Positions 1 through 14,265 of a stretch of DNA of 64,000 bases are shown piece after piece. Positions within the stretch are counted from its first letter, which is position 1. The number at the start of each line of letters is the position of its first letter. The notes beneath the pieces are model-generated. The model was not told the origin of the DNA, did not search any database, and was given only the letters and a program-made list of their open reading frames with translations. The stretch is taken from NCBI GenBank assembly GCA_977017645.1, contig OZ360235.1, forward strand, positions 20,522,001 through 20,586,000, read 5' to 3'. The translations under genes were made by a program, and so were the position numbers. The stretch is from Torpedo marmorata (Eukaryota).

Positions 1-2824
1 ACAATAAACCAAGCCCTGCAAGTGCCCGGACATCCAATTCCAAGAGCGGAAGGACTATTTCAGGCCCTGAATGGGGGGAAAAAAGTTCACTAAGTTAGAC
101 TTATCGCAAGCATACCAACAAGTTGAACTGGACCCGGAATCAAAAAAATATGTGGCTATCAACACCCACCTAGGATTGTTTACGTATACGAGAATGCCAT
201 ATGGGATATCATCAGCACCTGGAATATTTCAATCAATGGTGGATAAGTTATTACAAGGAATAAATGTTGGATGCTACTTAGACGATTTTATCATATTGGG
301 TAAAGACGATGCAGAACACCTAACTACCCTGGAAAAGGTCCAAGCCAGGTTAGAACAGGCTAAAGTTTGACTGCGTCAAGACAAGTGTGTCTTTATGGCG
401 CCCTCATTAACATATTTGGGGTTCACGATTGACCACGAAGGGGTCAGAATGGATTCAGCGGGCACCGAAGCCGTTCGCAGAGCTCCCTGCCCATCAAACC
501 GAGCGGAGTTGCAATTGTTCTTGGGGTTGGTTAATCATTATCGGAAACACATTCCTAATATGTCCACCCTTTGCAGCCCGCTAAACCATTTATTAAAAAA
601 AGATCATAAATGGTGCTGGAATGATGAAACAGACAAAGTTTTTAATCGGTTGAAGGAACTGTTGACCTCAAGTGATAATGTTCTTATCCACTATGAGCCA
701 GTTAAAGAAGTGACTTTAGCTGTCGATGCTTCACCAGTTGTCCTGGGGGCAGTGTTATCACAAACCACAGAAAAAGGGGAACAGCCAGTGGCATATGCGT
801 CCCGCTCCTTAACGGCCTGCGAAAGAAATTATGCACAAATAGAAAAGGAAGGATTGGCCATTATATTTGGTCTTAAACGATTTCACCAATACCTATACGG
901 TAGAAAGTTCATTTTGGTGACGGATAACAAACCACTAGAGCTTAATTTTAGGACCGAAGAAAGGTATCCCAGTATTAGCGGCAGCAAGAATCCAAAGGTG
1001 GGCGATGGAGCTTGCAGCGTATGATTATGATATAAAACATCGCTCTGCGGACAAGAACGGCCATGCGGACGCATTATCACGCTTACCCCTGCCTACGACA
1101 GAACAGAGTGAAGGGAATATCAATTGGACGGCAGAAGCCACAGCCATCAACCAAGAACAACTGCGTCAATTACCATCACATCTAAGGCCATCAGCCAAGA
1201 AGTAAGAAAGGAGGCTACATTGTCAAAAGTTATGTACCTCACCTTGAATGGGTGGCCAGACTCCGAGAGCATCACCCCCGAACTAAGGCCGTTTTACACA
1301 AGGCAAAATGAAATATCCATGCCTGTTGTGGGGGACAAGAACGATCATTCAAAAAAATGGCAGGAGGCTTTGTTTCAGGAGCTCCACACCAATCATCCCA
1401 GAATGGTACGGATGAAGGCGCTGGCACGTATGCACGTCTGGTGGCCAGAAGTTGATAGGGATATTGAACAGCTGGTACGGAGGTGCCACATCTGTCAAGA
1501 AATGCAACCAAAGGCACCTCAAGCAGAAGCCAATCCATGGAAATGGCCGTCACAACCATGGCATAGGAGTCACATCGATTTTGCTGGGCCATTCATGGGA
1601 GAAACCTTCCTAATTATTGTGGATGCACACCCCAAATGGCCTATTGTGTGGTTGATGCGATCAATAACAACAGAAAAGACCATCGAGAAATTATGCAGTG
1701 TGTTCGCAGAGTATGGGTTGCCGATACAGCTGGTCTCGGACAATGGGCCTCAATTTGTATCGGATGCTTTCAAGCGATTTCTAAGAAGCTATAATGTGAA
1801 ACACATATTATCGGCACCATACCACCCTCGTACCAATAGGGAAGCTGAGCATTTGGTACAGACTTTTAAAAAGGCAATGAAGGCCAGAAAGTCAAATAGA
1901 GCATCCTGGAACTATAACATTGCACATTTTCTGCTGTCATATAGAACAACGCCACACTCCATCATAAAACACACGCCAGCGGAACTGATGTCTGGACGGA
2001 ACGTAAGAACACGACTTACTGCAGTACACCCAAATATCGGACTCCGCATCCAACAATCAATATCACCAAACAAATCAACCAGATCTCTGGAGATTGGGGA
2101 ACCAGTACTTGTAAGAGACTACAGACAAAATAAAGAGACTTGGGTAAGAGGCGTGCTCTTAAAAAAACTAAGCCCATGTTCATATTTTGTACGGGTCAGA
2201 GACAACATATGGAAAAGACACAGACCAGCTAAGAGCAGTCGAAGACTACAGTTTCAATTTGGGCTCGGAAGAGCTCTGAGACGTTTCGGTTTGAACACAG
2301 CCAGATTTTGTGGCCCCTTGGAAAGCCACGGTACCAGTTACAGAAATACCAGCAGGGAAGGCTGCGCCATGGCAAGAGGCTAGCCAAGCATCCGAAAGGA
2401 TCGAGGAGAATTTAGCTGCTCCGGAAAGGTCGGAAACTCGTACCCCTGTTTGGTGTTCTCCACTCCCAAGGAGATCACAGAGAGAAAGACACCCCCCAAC
2501 ACATCTTAAGGATTATGTGCAGTGACTTAAAGACATAAGAAGGGGGTGAAAGCTGATTAGTAATAATAATAGCTTCAGTAGAATCACAAATATATATATA
2601 TACTTTAACACAAAATTTAGTTAGACTTATTATCTATGTACTAGTATTTTGAGGGGGGGAAAGAGTGTTGTGGGAACGCGTTACGTCATCACACAAGTTA
2701 CGCGGGTGACGGGATTACGTAAGCGACACGGTAAGGGTGCGGTTCAGTTTTGTGTGCACTATTTTACTTAGCGAATAAAGTATGCCAACTGCTCCACGAG
2801 AAGTGTCTGAATTAAGATATGACA
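1..2824 (+). mobile_element. Ty3/Gypsy LTR retrotransposon, 3' part (decayed pol: RT, RNase H, integrase; PPT; 3' LTR)
   Basis: ORFs 71-370 (RT, YLDD), 395-1024 (RNase H, DAS..AYASR), 1124-2383 (integrase zinc finger plus LVSDNGPQF), broken by a TGA at 368 and frameshifts. Purine tract at 2651-2665, then TG...CA LTR. Confidence 0.95.
2666..2824 (+). repeat. Short (~159 bp) 3' LTR of the Gypsy element
   Basis: Starts TGTTG right after the PPT, has AATAAA at 2774-2779 and ends ATGACA. A SINE-like sequence resumes afterwards. The 5' LTR is outside the window, so the right boundary is inferred. Confidence 0.7.
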
Positions 2825-5699
2825 AAGAAGAACATGCATGCTCCACACAGGCAGCACTGGAGGTCAGGATTGAACTCCTTTCTCTAGTTGCACCACCTGC
2901 ATATCAGTCAATTTTGCAAAGATCAGAATTGGTGGTGATGCAATGTAATTTCTGCTGTAAACTTGGGATGAAAAGGGAATTTTACCTGGATTCTTACTTT
3001 TCTGCTGTATATAGTTGTAAATTCATCCATTTGGATATGCTAAATTGAGCGATGCTGATGCACGATAGCTGGATTTGTGAGATTATACGCTTGATCCATG
3101 ATTTTGCCAGAGGTTCCCTATCTTTTCTTTTTTTGCATACTTTTCGATTTACTATCTGCCTTGATGCCATCACTTTCCTTTTATGTATTAACCCCTGAAA
3201 TGCCAATTATGTTTCTATATTATTAAAACTGCTCAGTTTTTATTGATCCACTCTGAAAGCAATGTATCACTTGATCCTTTGGTGGCTGATATATCTAGTT
3301 AAAAACAAATGCTGGCAACCAAAAGTTACAATTTGGATTCGGATTGTGACAAGCAAAACATATTTAAATCTGTTTGTGTTACTTGAGTTCCTTTTTTTGA
3401 ATTTGTATAGACAGTGGTGGTGGAAGGCCACTCTATCCCTCATGATACTTGGTGAAGTCCAGCTTACGAGCATGTATCTGTAGAGGAGAAATTGTGCGCC
3501 AGGCAGCAACAGTTCACGGTACAAGGCAAGCATCTCACCTGCGCTTCCACTACGCCATGGTGCAAAGCATAGGAGGGGACATGCAGAGGAAAAGAGGTGC
3601 TGAGTGCAGATTCTTTAGGAAGTGAGGTGAGATGTTGCCTTGCTGAAATAAGTACACATTTCTATGAACCTTAATTAGGTTAGATACCTGTGCACTATCA
3701 TAAAAATTAAATTCACCATGACGTTTTCTTTTGCCTTGCAAAATAATTAATCAATAAACTTGTCTATTTCTGCCTTGTGATCCTAATCACTAGCAAAGTT
3801 ATGGAAGACATCAAAATAATGCTGCTAAATAGAAATCTTGCTACTCCCCTCCAGCATCTTGTGGGTTAACAATAACTGAAAAGCAGATGGGCAATAGAGT
3901 AAATGTTTTGGGAAAGATCAGAGACCAGATTTTTGACAACATGCATCTCTTGTCTACCAACACCCTCTGCTACTTGGAGCACATAAGACAGGATAGAGAT
4001 GAGATGCTCTGTGTTACATTGCACAGGCATCACTGCAGCAATATTTGAGCTCCATGTTGTTCACTGGATTGGCACTTCATCCAAAAGGCTAAACATCTAA
4101 TTGGATCGCCAATGCACTATAGTTGCAGTGTGCACTCTCTGCTGGTCAAGATCGAAATAACTTACTCAGGTTTCATTAGTGGAACCTCTCAATTTATTGA
4201 TCTCTGCCATGCAGAAGGACATGCAGCCGGTGCATGGGATCATCTTCCTAATTCCCTTCTTAAGTTACAATCCATCACGATTTTGATATACACCACAACT
4301 TGATAACAACCCTGGAACCCTCCTGACAAAATTGTGAGAGCACCTTCAGCAACATGGATTGCAAAAGTTCAAACCTTTTTTTCTGAGCAGTTGGGAATTA
4401 GTCCCCCTCATATCAGTGAAACCATCTTCCTGAAAATGAATTAAAAGTTATAAAAATGGTGGGAATTGCATTGTGGATCCTGAGTGCACATACACAGATT
4501 AACAAAGCACCAATGATATTTTTACATTCAGATGATTTTTTTAGGATCTTAAGCTCAAAAATGCTCCAATCATTTTCATTTATTGAATCAAACAATTATT
4601 CAAATATTTGAAATTGATTAAAATGTTGGTTGCTTACAACTTTCCTAGCAGAGGTGCTGAGGACAAGACTCCCTGCTTAAAGAGTGTTTTTAAAAATGTG
4701 ATGAGGTTTATTTTTAAAATGTCAAATTTTTAAACCTTTTGGGAATAAAATTGCTTCATTGAAATTTCTTTTTTACCTTCATATTTGCAAACAAATTTTC
4801 TAAAGAGGGGAAAACTGTTTATTTGAGGAGACTTTTGAGGTGGTAATACGTAATCTCCCCACAATCAATTCTATAATGGTCATGTTTAGAGAAACAGATC
4901 GTCCATAAGGGTTTTGTTTGCAACATATTCCTGTAGATTGCAAAAAAAAAAGACTCTTTGATCAAGACAGGTTTCTTCCAGATTACTTCCCTTTAAAAGT
5001 TGTGCAACACAAATTGAATAGGATTCTGTTGCTGGCTACCTTCTTTCAATGACCAATTGAGATGTGGTTAATTAACAGAAGAGGTGCTTCAAGCCTAGGC
5101 AAAGTGTGAATTTTACTTTTATACCCTAGTTGAAAAAATAAAAGTTGAAATCTATATATTTAAAACACTATAAACTCAAAATGGCCATTCTCATAGTTAT
5201 ATTGTAGCATCATGAGCTTTGTTTGATGAGCATTCATCATCTCAAATACAAGTGTTGCATGTTGCCATTTGGGTATACCAGAGTGAAATAGCTGTGCTGT
5301 TATTTTAAGGTAAATGGTATAATTACATGTTTTGCCTGTGTGATTTGCTTTCCTAAAAAGAAAAACAAGTTGTCAACTTTGCGAGTCTTGTTATAGGGTT
5401 TACATGTGTATTCTTTCTGAGTTGGCTCCCCTGTAGTGATTCAAAGTTGACCAATAATGGTGGATATACTCAGCAGGTCAGGTAATATCTGTGGATGAAG
5501 AAATAGAGCTATTATTTCAGGTCAGAAATTCTTTGTCAGAGCTCTGTTTCTGTTTCCACAGATACAGCCTGACCTGCTAACGATTTCAAGCATTCTCTGT
5601 ATTTGTTTCTAATTTCCAGTATCTGAAGTTGTTATTTATTGTTATTAACCTGTAATTCTACATGATCACTCACCTCTCGACTACTAGCTGAAGGTATAG

Positions 5700-8570
5700 A
5701 TCACAAGAACAGAAGAAAATAGGAGCAAGGATAAGCATGCCCTGCCATTCAATGCAGTCATGGCTGATTTGCTTCAATCCCTCACCAGTGCCAGTTCCAT
5801 AGAGCTCAATCTTTCAAAAATATATCCACCGTCCTTCAAATATCTCCAGTGATTTCACCTCCACAACTCTGAGGTACTGCTGGCTACAAGATTCACTGCT
5901 GTCTACAAGAAGAAACTCTGATGCACCTCAATTTTAAATGACCACCCTTTGCAACTATATGTTCTAATTCGAGGCTCCCCTAGCAGAAACACCTCAGCAT
6001 CTACCTTTTTGTCTCCCTTCTTGAACAAGGAACTTGATTTGGTTTTTTCTAATCTGCTAGTACCCTCCCTGAACATAGTTGGTTTTGAAAAACTTGTTCC
6101 AGTAATCATATTACCTTTGCAGACGCTTGTTTGCTTTTAGTCCCATTAGTTTTGACAATAATTTGTTCCTTGTGATAGGGATTGTTACAGATTATTCCTT
6201 CCCATTTAAACTTGCCTATCTGTCACCCTTGGGATATTTGCAGTGTCCTCCACTGTAAAGACTGATGCAAAGTATTGGTTTCAAACATGTGCCATTTCCT
6301 TGTTTCATGTTGTAAATTCCCCAGGCGTCTCACTCTTAGCTATCTTCTTCCTTTTGATATATCCATAGAAAGTTGTGTTGATATTACTTAACAGTTTATT
6401 CTCAAAATCAGTTTTCTCCCTCATTAGCTTTTAAGTCCCTGGTGCTCGTTCCTGAAGAAGTCCAAGTATTCTGGTCAAACAACAGCTTTTGCCTCTTTGT
6501 AAGCTCTAATTTTTATTCAATATTTTGCTTGACCTTTGTTAATCATAGATGGTTCATCTTTCTCATTTAGCCCTCTTTCTGATTAAGATTAAACTTCTGT
6601 TGAGTCTTATGAAATAGCTGCTTAAATACCTGCTGCTGCTTATCTACTCACCCTTCCTTTAGCGTATTTTTGCATACTTTAGGCAACTCTTCTTTCATAC
6701 CTTTGTAATTGCCCATGTTTTAAATTGAGGACACTGGTTTTTGACCTGTGATGTTCGCCTTCAAACAGTAGCTGAAATTTACTGTTTGTGTTAACTGTTC
6801 CCTGGAGAATCCTTAATACAAAATATTTTATTCATCCTACATTATGCATGACGAAATTTAAATTTAAAAATTTTAAATTTAGACATGCAGCACGGTAACC
6901 TTCCGGCCCATGAGCCCGTGCTGCCCAAATACCCCAATTAACTAACAACCCCCGTACGTTTTGAAGGGTGGGAGGAAACCAGAGCACCCGGAGGAAACCC
7001 TCGCAGATACAAGGAGAACGTACAAATTCCTTGCAGGCAGTGCCAGATTTGAACCTTGGTCACTGCAGCTGTAATAGCGTTGCGCTAACCGCTACACTAA
7101 TTAAAAATTCTGTAATGTATTGCTCTGAGTAACAATCCATGATGCAAGCCAAAAATTTCTCTTCTCCAATATTCTTGCCATTTTGATCAGTCCAATTGAT
7201 AAATGCAAATTTTAATCTACTGCTCCCTTCTAACACTCCTTTCCCCATGAATGCTTTGTCCTACTGCTTGACCTACCCTTGCCTTCCTTATTTCCACCCC
7301 AAATGATTTTGAGTCATGAGCCAATTCATTGACATTGCTATTCACCACCACACTGATAATCGATCAATAGTTTTTCTGGAAATTCTTGATTAATTAAGTC
7401 ACTCTATCTCCTTTCCCTTTTTATGCACTCTTTTGGAGCATGAACTATTGAGTTCCTAGTCCTGGTCATTCTGCAACCATGATCGGCAATAGCTTTGCAA
7501 TCAGGCTTGGTTATTGCTATTTGTGCCAACTCATCCATTGTGTTACAAATGATGTGTGTATTCAGATAAAGAATGTTTAAGCTTTGATATTTTACAAGTT
7601 TCACTTGATTTAATTTCTGCCTTGAACCTTTGTTTATATTTTGTGTCCCTTTCATTTGTCTTTGATTTATTAAATTTACCGTCACCTGAGCTCCACCCCT
7701 GCCACACCTCATAATTAGTTTAAATGGCTCACTGGTCTCAGCATGAAATGAAATCTGTGCTAACTGAACAGTTCCCTCTTCCCCTGGTCATACAACCAGT
7801 TGGAACTAATTTCCCCCATACCAATCTTTAAGCCACCTGCTTGCTTCTCTAATATTATTTATCCTCTGCCAATTTGCACCTGGTTCATATAATAATTCAG
7901 TGATGATAATTTTGGTGGATTTGCTTTTTAATTTTGCTCCAAGCTGCTTATGATCCATCAGCAAAATCTTCCTTCCTTGTCCCATGGACCACAACATTTA
8001 GATCTTCTCCTTCTCACTCCAAGTTCTTCCTTGGCCAAAAATAGATATTCTACACCCTGGCACAGAATAGGCAGCAAAGCCTTAAACTGTCTTTTCTGCA
8101 GAGAACTCTGTCTATTCCCCTAATTGTGCTATCCTCTGACATGACTACATTTCTCTTCCACCCTCTTGAAATTTCATCCTTGGCTCGGTAATGGTATTTT
8201 TGAGGAAGTACAGAATTTTTAGAGTCACTGCCTTTCAAACATTGTGTCACTCTGTTGTCTCATGGATTTTGTGGGGATCTAGGTTCACGGCCAAATGTTT
8301 AAGGTTGAGAAGGTGGAGGTTTAAAGGGAATCTGAAGGGTAAATTCATAACACAAACAGTAGATATCTGGAATGAGCTGCCAGAGGAAGTGATGGAGGTG
8401 GGAACAGTAACAACATTTAAGAGGCATTTTAGATTGGTAGTTGAATGAGCAGGGCATGGAGGGATATGGAATTAATGCAGATAAATAAAGTAAGTAAAGA
8501 TAGGCATGATGGTCCGCATTGATGCAGTGAGCGAAGGCCCTGTTTCTATGTTGTACAGCTCTTTGAAAAA
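5700..8570. mobile_element. Cluster of decayed CR1-type LINE fragments (mostly minus strand), interrupted by a SINE
   Basis: CR1-like 3' ends (cctgccattcaatg..tggctgat) and ORF remnants such as LNILYLNTHII.. and ..DIWNELPEEVMEVGTVTTFKRH. Boundaries are approximate. Confidence 0.7.
6872..7100 (-). mobile_element. tRNA-derived V-SINE (HE1-like)
   Basis: The reverse complement has an A-box/B-box head (tagcggttagc..ggttcaaatc) and a V-domain-like core gggtttcctccgggtgctc. Same family as 11012, 44669 and 50874. Confidence 0.85.
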
Positions 8571-9690
8571 TCCCATGGCACAGTTCAAAGACGAATAAGG
8601 GGCTTCTCATTGTTCTCAAGCCAACTTTTGTATCTCAGCAAATTACTTTAAAAGACAGCAATTCTTTGGTTAAGAATATTCACAATAATCCCATTGACTC
8701 TTTGGGAGTATATGTCTTCGATTTTTAAAGCTATATTTTGCTGCAACAAGAAGTGTGCCATTCCCTTCATTTGGGAATACACAATGCTAAAATAGCCATG
8801 ATGCATTTCACCCAGACTTTTTGTTTAACAAAATCTCATCCAACAAAATATTTTCCAGGGACACATCAATTTGAGTTTGACCCATTGATTTCTCTCAGCA
8901 GTTTGGTCATTTTGTGAACTCTAAATGAATTGGTCCCCTGTTACATTGCTTATTATGGGACCTTGTGTGCAATTTGGCAGCTGCATTAAAAGTCTAATTG
9001 GTTGTAAAGAGCTTGAGGTGGTGAAAGCATAATAGAAGCAGAAGTAGGCATTTTGTCCCTTGTGCATGCCCTACTATTCAGTAAGGTGAAAGCTGATATT
9101 TTATCTCAGTATTTTCCTGCAATAATCCTACGTCTCTTAACATCTATCAATCTCTGACTATATAAAACTTCTTTTGAATTTTTCATTTCTTTATACCATG
9201 AAACTCATTGCGTTACAATTCTGCCCATGAACCAAGAATTTTACCTTTTCCATTATCTTTGTCATATCTGAAATTTTAATTTGACACTTGCACCCGAATT
9301 CTGGTGGTTGATCTTTAAAAGTTGACCAAGTGTTCTGTTAGGGGAATCTTCTCCCATATACGTATTTCATCTTTTCCCTGTCAATTCTTATAAAATAACT
9401 AATATGCCAGATAGTAATTTTACATTGTGAATGAACATAGAACATTAGAGCACAGTACAGGCCTTTCAGTCCATGATGTTGTGCCAACCTGTGTAAATGC
9501 CTGCATATTTTCTAGTGCCAGTTCAAATATCAGCTGTTTTTTTCATAGCTAGTGCTACAATAGACATGTGTAATAGCAATTTGGAAGGTAGAAGCATATA
9601 TTTAAGGATAAATCAAAGTAGCAAAGGTAAAGCAAGAGATCAAGCTCCACAGTATGGGGAGGTGTTCAGAAGTAATCAGGTGATGGGGTT

Positions 9691-9798
9691 AAAAACACAA
9701 TGCTGGAGATACTCAGCAGGTCAAGCAGTTTGACCTGCTGAGTTTCTCCAGCATTGTTTTTTACTTCAACCACGGCGTCTGCAGATTTTCATGTTTTA
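9691..9798. mobile_element. Short palindromic Penelope-like insertion with 14-bp TSD
   Basis: CAGGTGATGGGGTT at 9677-9690 and 9799-9812; internal inverted repeat tgctggag..ctcagcaggtcaa / ttgacctgctgag..ctccagca. Confidence 0.8.
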
Positions 9799-11011
9799 CA
9801 GGTGATGGGGTTGTTCACCAGAAATGTTATTGTCCCTCACAGATGAAGCTGAGACTTTGGGTTTATCAATCCTGAGACAAATAGGATTGAAGGACATGAG
9901 GAGTGACTCGCATATGTTTTATTTTCCTGTCTGCCTTTTTTTCCTACTTTGTTGCTCCCACTCACAATCAGCATTACATGCATACACATTTCTTCATTTA
10001 ACTCAGCCCACCACTCACTATCCCAGTAAATTTCTGACACATTCACTGTCAATGAAAAGGATAAATGTAGTCTTGGTAGCTTCAGAATGTTGTTCATAAG
10101 AGGATTATGCTTGAGCATGTAGGACTAAGATCGCTTAAGTTTCTGTTTCTGCATTGGACTGGAACAGTAATAGTTGCTATCAAGAAGTAAACCTCAGAGT
10201 TGGTTTTGGTTATGCTGTTCTAAAACAATGATTATTATATTGAGCCCTATCCCACTGACAAGATAAAAGATCCCTCAACATTTATTTTCTGATCTCTTGA
10301 CATTTTCAATATTCAAACAATCTTGTGTAGACTTCTGTGTTAATATCAAAAAGGAAAGTCACAATTTGCATCCTCAAAAGTCTCTTCAAAGGACAATTTT
10401 CTCTGCTGTTTTTAGTTAAATAGGCCTTTTGTGTTGAGTAAAATTCATTTGAAATATTGTGGCTAGAACTAGAGAATTTTTTCTTTCCTTTTCTGAAATT
10501 TCATCCAGTGGTTCAATTCATAAATCTGAGCATAGCTATTTGCAAGTACATCTTGGCTGATTACAGTGAGAATTGTAAGATTAATTCATGCAGAAAATAA
10601 CCAAGATTATCTGACCTTTAATATCAAAGCACAAAATATGGGCACTTTTTATTTGTTAAGCTTTTATGGTTGGAATTATGGAGAAACTTCACTGTTTGTC
10701 ACCATTAATTAGCCAGTGAAATTGAGATTGCATTGTTCCCACATGTGTCGTTTAATAGACAAATTCTGAAGTTGGTATTGATGATTTGGGGATGTTTGGG
10801 GTTTTCACCTGCATTATCTCAAGATATTAGAGATTAGAGAATTGTGAATAACTTACAAATTAATAAGTATTGTACCCTAAAAAGTTATGATTTGTGCCAT
10901 GAAGAGTGAGATTTTACCTGGATGTTAAGCCATAGTCATTGCTTAAAATGATACTTTAAAAAAATATGGATATGATATGGATTATTTAATTTAATTTTTA
11001 CCGGTAATTAA

Positions 11012-11255
11012 ATTTTAATTTAGACATACAGCACGGTAACAGGCCCTTTCGGCCCACAAGACCGTGCCGCCCAAATATCCCAATTTACCTACAACCCCCG
11101 TATATTTTGAAGGGTGGGAGGAAACTGGAGCACCCGGAGGAAACCCACAGGGTCACGGGGAGAATGTACAAACTCCTTACAGACAGCGACGGATTCAAAC
11201 CCAGGTCGCTGGCGCTTAATAGCATTGTGCTAACAGCAACGCTAACTTTTTTGCC
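11012..11255 (-). mobile_element. tRNA-derived V-SINE (HE1-like)
   Basis: Near-identical to the copy at 6872-7100. Confidence 0.85.
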
Positions 11256-14200
11256 CAATTTCACTCAGATAATATTCCAAATAATATAGATATTAAGGTA
11301 ATATTTTTGATGTTCATTTATGGCATTTCAGCTTCTACCTTTGCATGATTCACTTTTTATTTCTATGTTTTGTAAAATGTTTGAAATATTGGCAAAATGT
11401 TTGCTTTTTTTCTTGTTTGAGAATTCTTGATGATAGCACTGTGCGAGATGTCATGGACCTGATACCTGACAGGAAGGGAATTCCATGATCACTGCAGCTG
11501 CTAGACCTTTGTGTGGTAGCTATCTCTGAGGCCCTTGGCAAACAATTTGTATTGGTGCTCACTGCAGCATTCAGGCCAGCAGCAAAGCAAATGTGCCTGC
11601 CAATTTATTATAAGATTTCTGAAGAGAACAATGGAGTATTGTATACATTGTATTAAATATTTTGCAAAAATATACTCCATGATTGATGAAATTGATCAGA
11701 AGATGAAGGATTCTTATCAGATCCCTTTGCAAGCTCACTTAGTTGCTTTCTGGTGATTGGAAACAGAACATTGGAGATACAGATCTTCTTCCAAGTCTGT
11801 TATATTAACTAGTTATAAAGCATAATGAGCTCAGCTATAATCAATGTGGGCATGGAGATAAGCCAGAAATACTTCTGTTCTATGGCAATATATTATAAAG
11901 TAATGTGGTGTATTTATTCATTGCCACAAATCAAGCATCCTTTAAATGCAAGAAAGTGAAAAAACAAAAGGTTAATATATAAAATCAATGAATGTTTAGA
12001 TTTCTGCTTATCTTCAATTTTTCCATGTTTTTTTAAAATGTCGTGTTTTAGTCAGAAGTGTTCAATTATAATACTGCCCAAACTCACCACATGTCATATG
12101 TGGCAAATAAATTATTAGAGGTTGCACAATATAATCATTTATCTTATTTCTGAAAACATACATTGTTTTTTTTTTGGAGGTACCTTAAAAAGCTGTATTC
12201 AAATCTGCTGAAATATAACTAATATTTCAATATGATTTATTACAAAAATGCCACATGTAATTGGCTAATCTATAACATAACTTTCAGAACATTTGAATGT
12301 TAATCAAGTCTACATCTTATGGATATGCATACATCCTTAATGTTTCATTGTTCCTCCTTTTTAAAATAAGCTATACAGAAATATTGCCTACCCAATATTA
12401 AGAAATTCTCCACTAAATATTTATTGCTGATTAAGTGGCCTGCTTTAATATTTTCTTTTATGTTGTTAAATATGATATTTGCACTTTCTTTGTGAATCAT
12501 CACAATTGTGTGCTGCTGTTTTTCATTTATCATTGTTTCTGTCATTGAGGTCTCACTGTTAATTAGCTAAGTCAATCGTTTAAGAGTCTACAAATGAACA
12601 AGAGAGAATGTAATTAATTGAGTTTGTAGATTTCTTAAATGTGTCTACCAGTCAAAATCAGTTGGCGCATAATCCTTGTATTTGGGGATGTCAGGTATAT
12701 TTTAAATTTAGCTGTCTTAGTAACGTGATGGTGGTAATTGATATGGAGCTGCTGGCTTGTGTTCAGATGTATGCCTCATCTCTACTCTGTCCTGAAGGAA
12801 TATTATTCACTTTAACTTATTGTAAAAGCAGAAACTGTACCAGATAGAAATCTTTTGCTGAAGTCAGTTTAGATGTGAAAGTGTTTTTACTGCCAAGAGT
12901 TTTGTGATGCATACTTTCAGTTTTGTTTACAATTTAGCCTGTATGCATCTCAAAATTTCTCATAACCTGTCTAAATGTCTACTTATGTCACTATTTTAAT
13001 TACACTACCAATTATGTATGACAGACTTCTTTCTGATATTTTGGAACCATTTTATTATACAAGGTATCCAATGTAAAATAATTATTGAAGTTCTGCACAC
13101 TATTCCACAAGTCATCTTCACTGAATTATATTTAAACGAATGTTCAATACAGGTGTTAAATATTGAGTGTTTTCACAGAATAAATGGAGAAAAAGTGCAC
13201 AGTATTATTGCAGATTTTTAATAATTTAAGATTTAAGAAAATTGGCCAAAATCTGAGAGGAGTTAACAGCTCCCTGTATAAAAGCATTGCATAGAATATA
13301 CTGTCTAAAGAGACTTTTACACAGCCACCTGCTGTCTAAAAAGCACCGACACGGAATGGTGGGGTCATTCCAGTCCCGGCTTTTTTCCGGCAGCAGGCGC
13401 AGTGTCAGCCCCAGAATGCCATCTGTGTAAAAGGGCAATCCAGGACCAACTCGGGTAAGGATGTGTATGTGCACCGTATTTTTTTAGTGTATTTACGGTA
13501 AGCATTTAAAACTTGGACAAAACAAGTAAGACAACAGGAAAAATCGTTTTAATAATAATACCGCTGTCCTGCTCTCTCCCGGCGGCCCGCAATTATACAG
13601 CAAAGGTAAAAGGCAGAATCGATCTGGCTGACAGCGAGTAGTTCACTAGGGAATACCTGACCGGCAGGCACTTGGGATTTAGCTCATCTCGATGTCTATG
13701 CATGCTCCCATAAATGCAGAAGTCTGAAATGAGCTGTAGATGAAATGGCAGGAGCTGGAGATGAAATGAGCTGGTGGTGAAATAGTGATGCATCCTCGAC
13801 TAGACTCACTGTTTCATTAGGCGGGTGAAGCCCTGATGTTTTGCTGGGAAGAAAATGAGAGATGATTTAATTCATAAGTACATGATTCATGTTCTTGACA
13901 GGACAGATGTGGGGTGGTTGTTGGTCTTTCAAAATAGGGCTTGATCATTCATGAATAAGATAAAAAGTATGTATCAAAGGGTACTGAGTCTGGAACTCTA
14001 CAGAAGGAGGGTGTGAATGCTCAGTTACTGAATGTATTCAAGACAGTCACTGACAGATCTTCAGATATTAAGGGAGAGGAGATTAGTGTTAGGGAGTGGC
14101 ATTGTGATAAAAGACCAGCCCCCACACTGATCCCACCGCCCCGCTCTCAGCTGTCTCTAGTCACCTTGTGCTGTGAGCAAGCTGGACTGTAGGTTTGTCC

Positions 14201-14265
14201 TCAGTTTGAACAGTCTGAGGCTGCTCCCCCCCCAACAGCCCGCCACCAGCCCCCAATGATAAATA

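Noticed and set aside
6872-7100. tRNA genes at the SINE heads
   Set aside because: A/B boxes are present but there is no cloverleaf, and they continue into SINE bodies.
11421-11600. GC-richer island after a pyrimidine tract as an exon
   Set aside because: Weak GAG acceptor, early stops, no convincing donor and no recognisable peptide.
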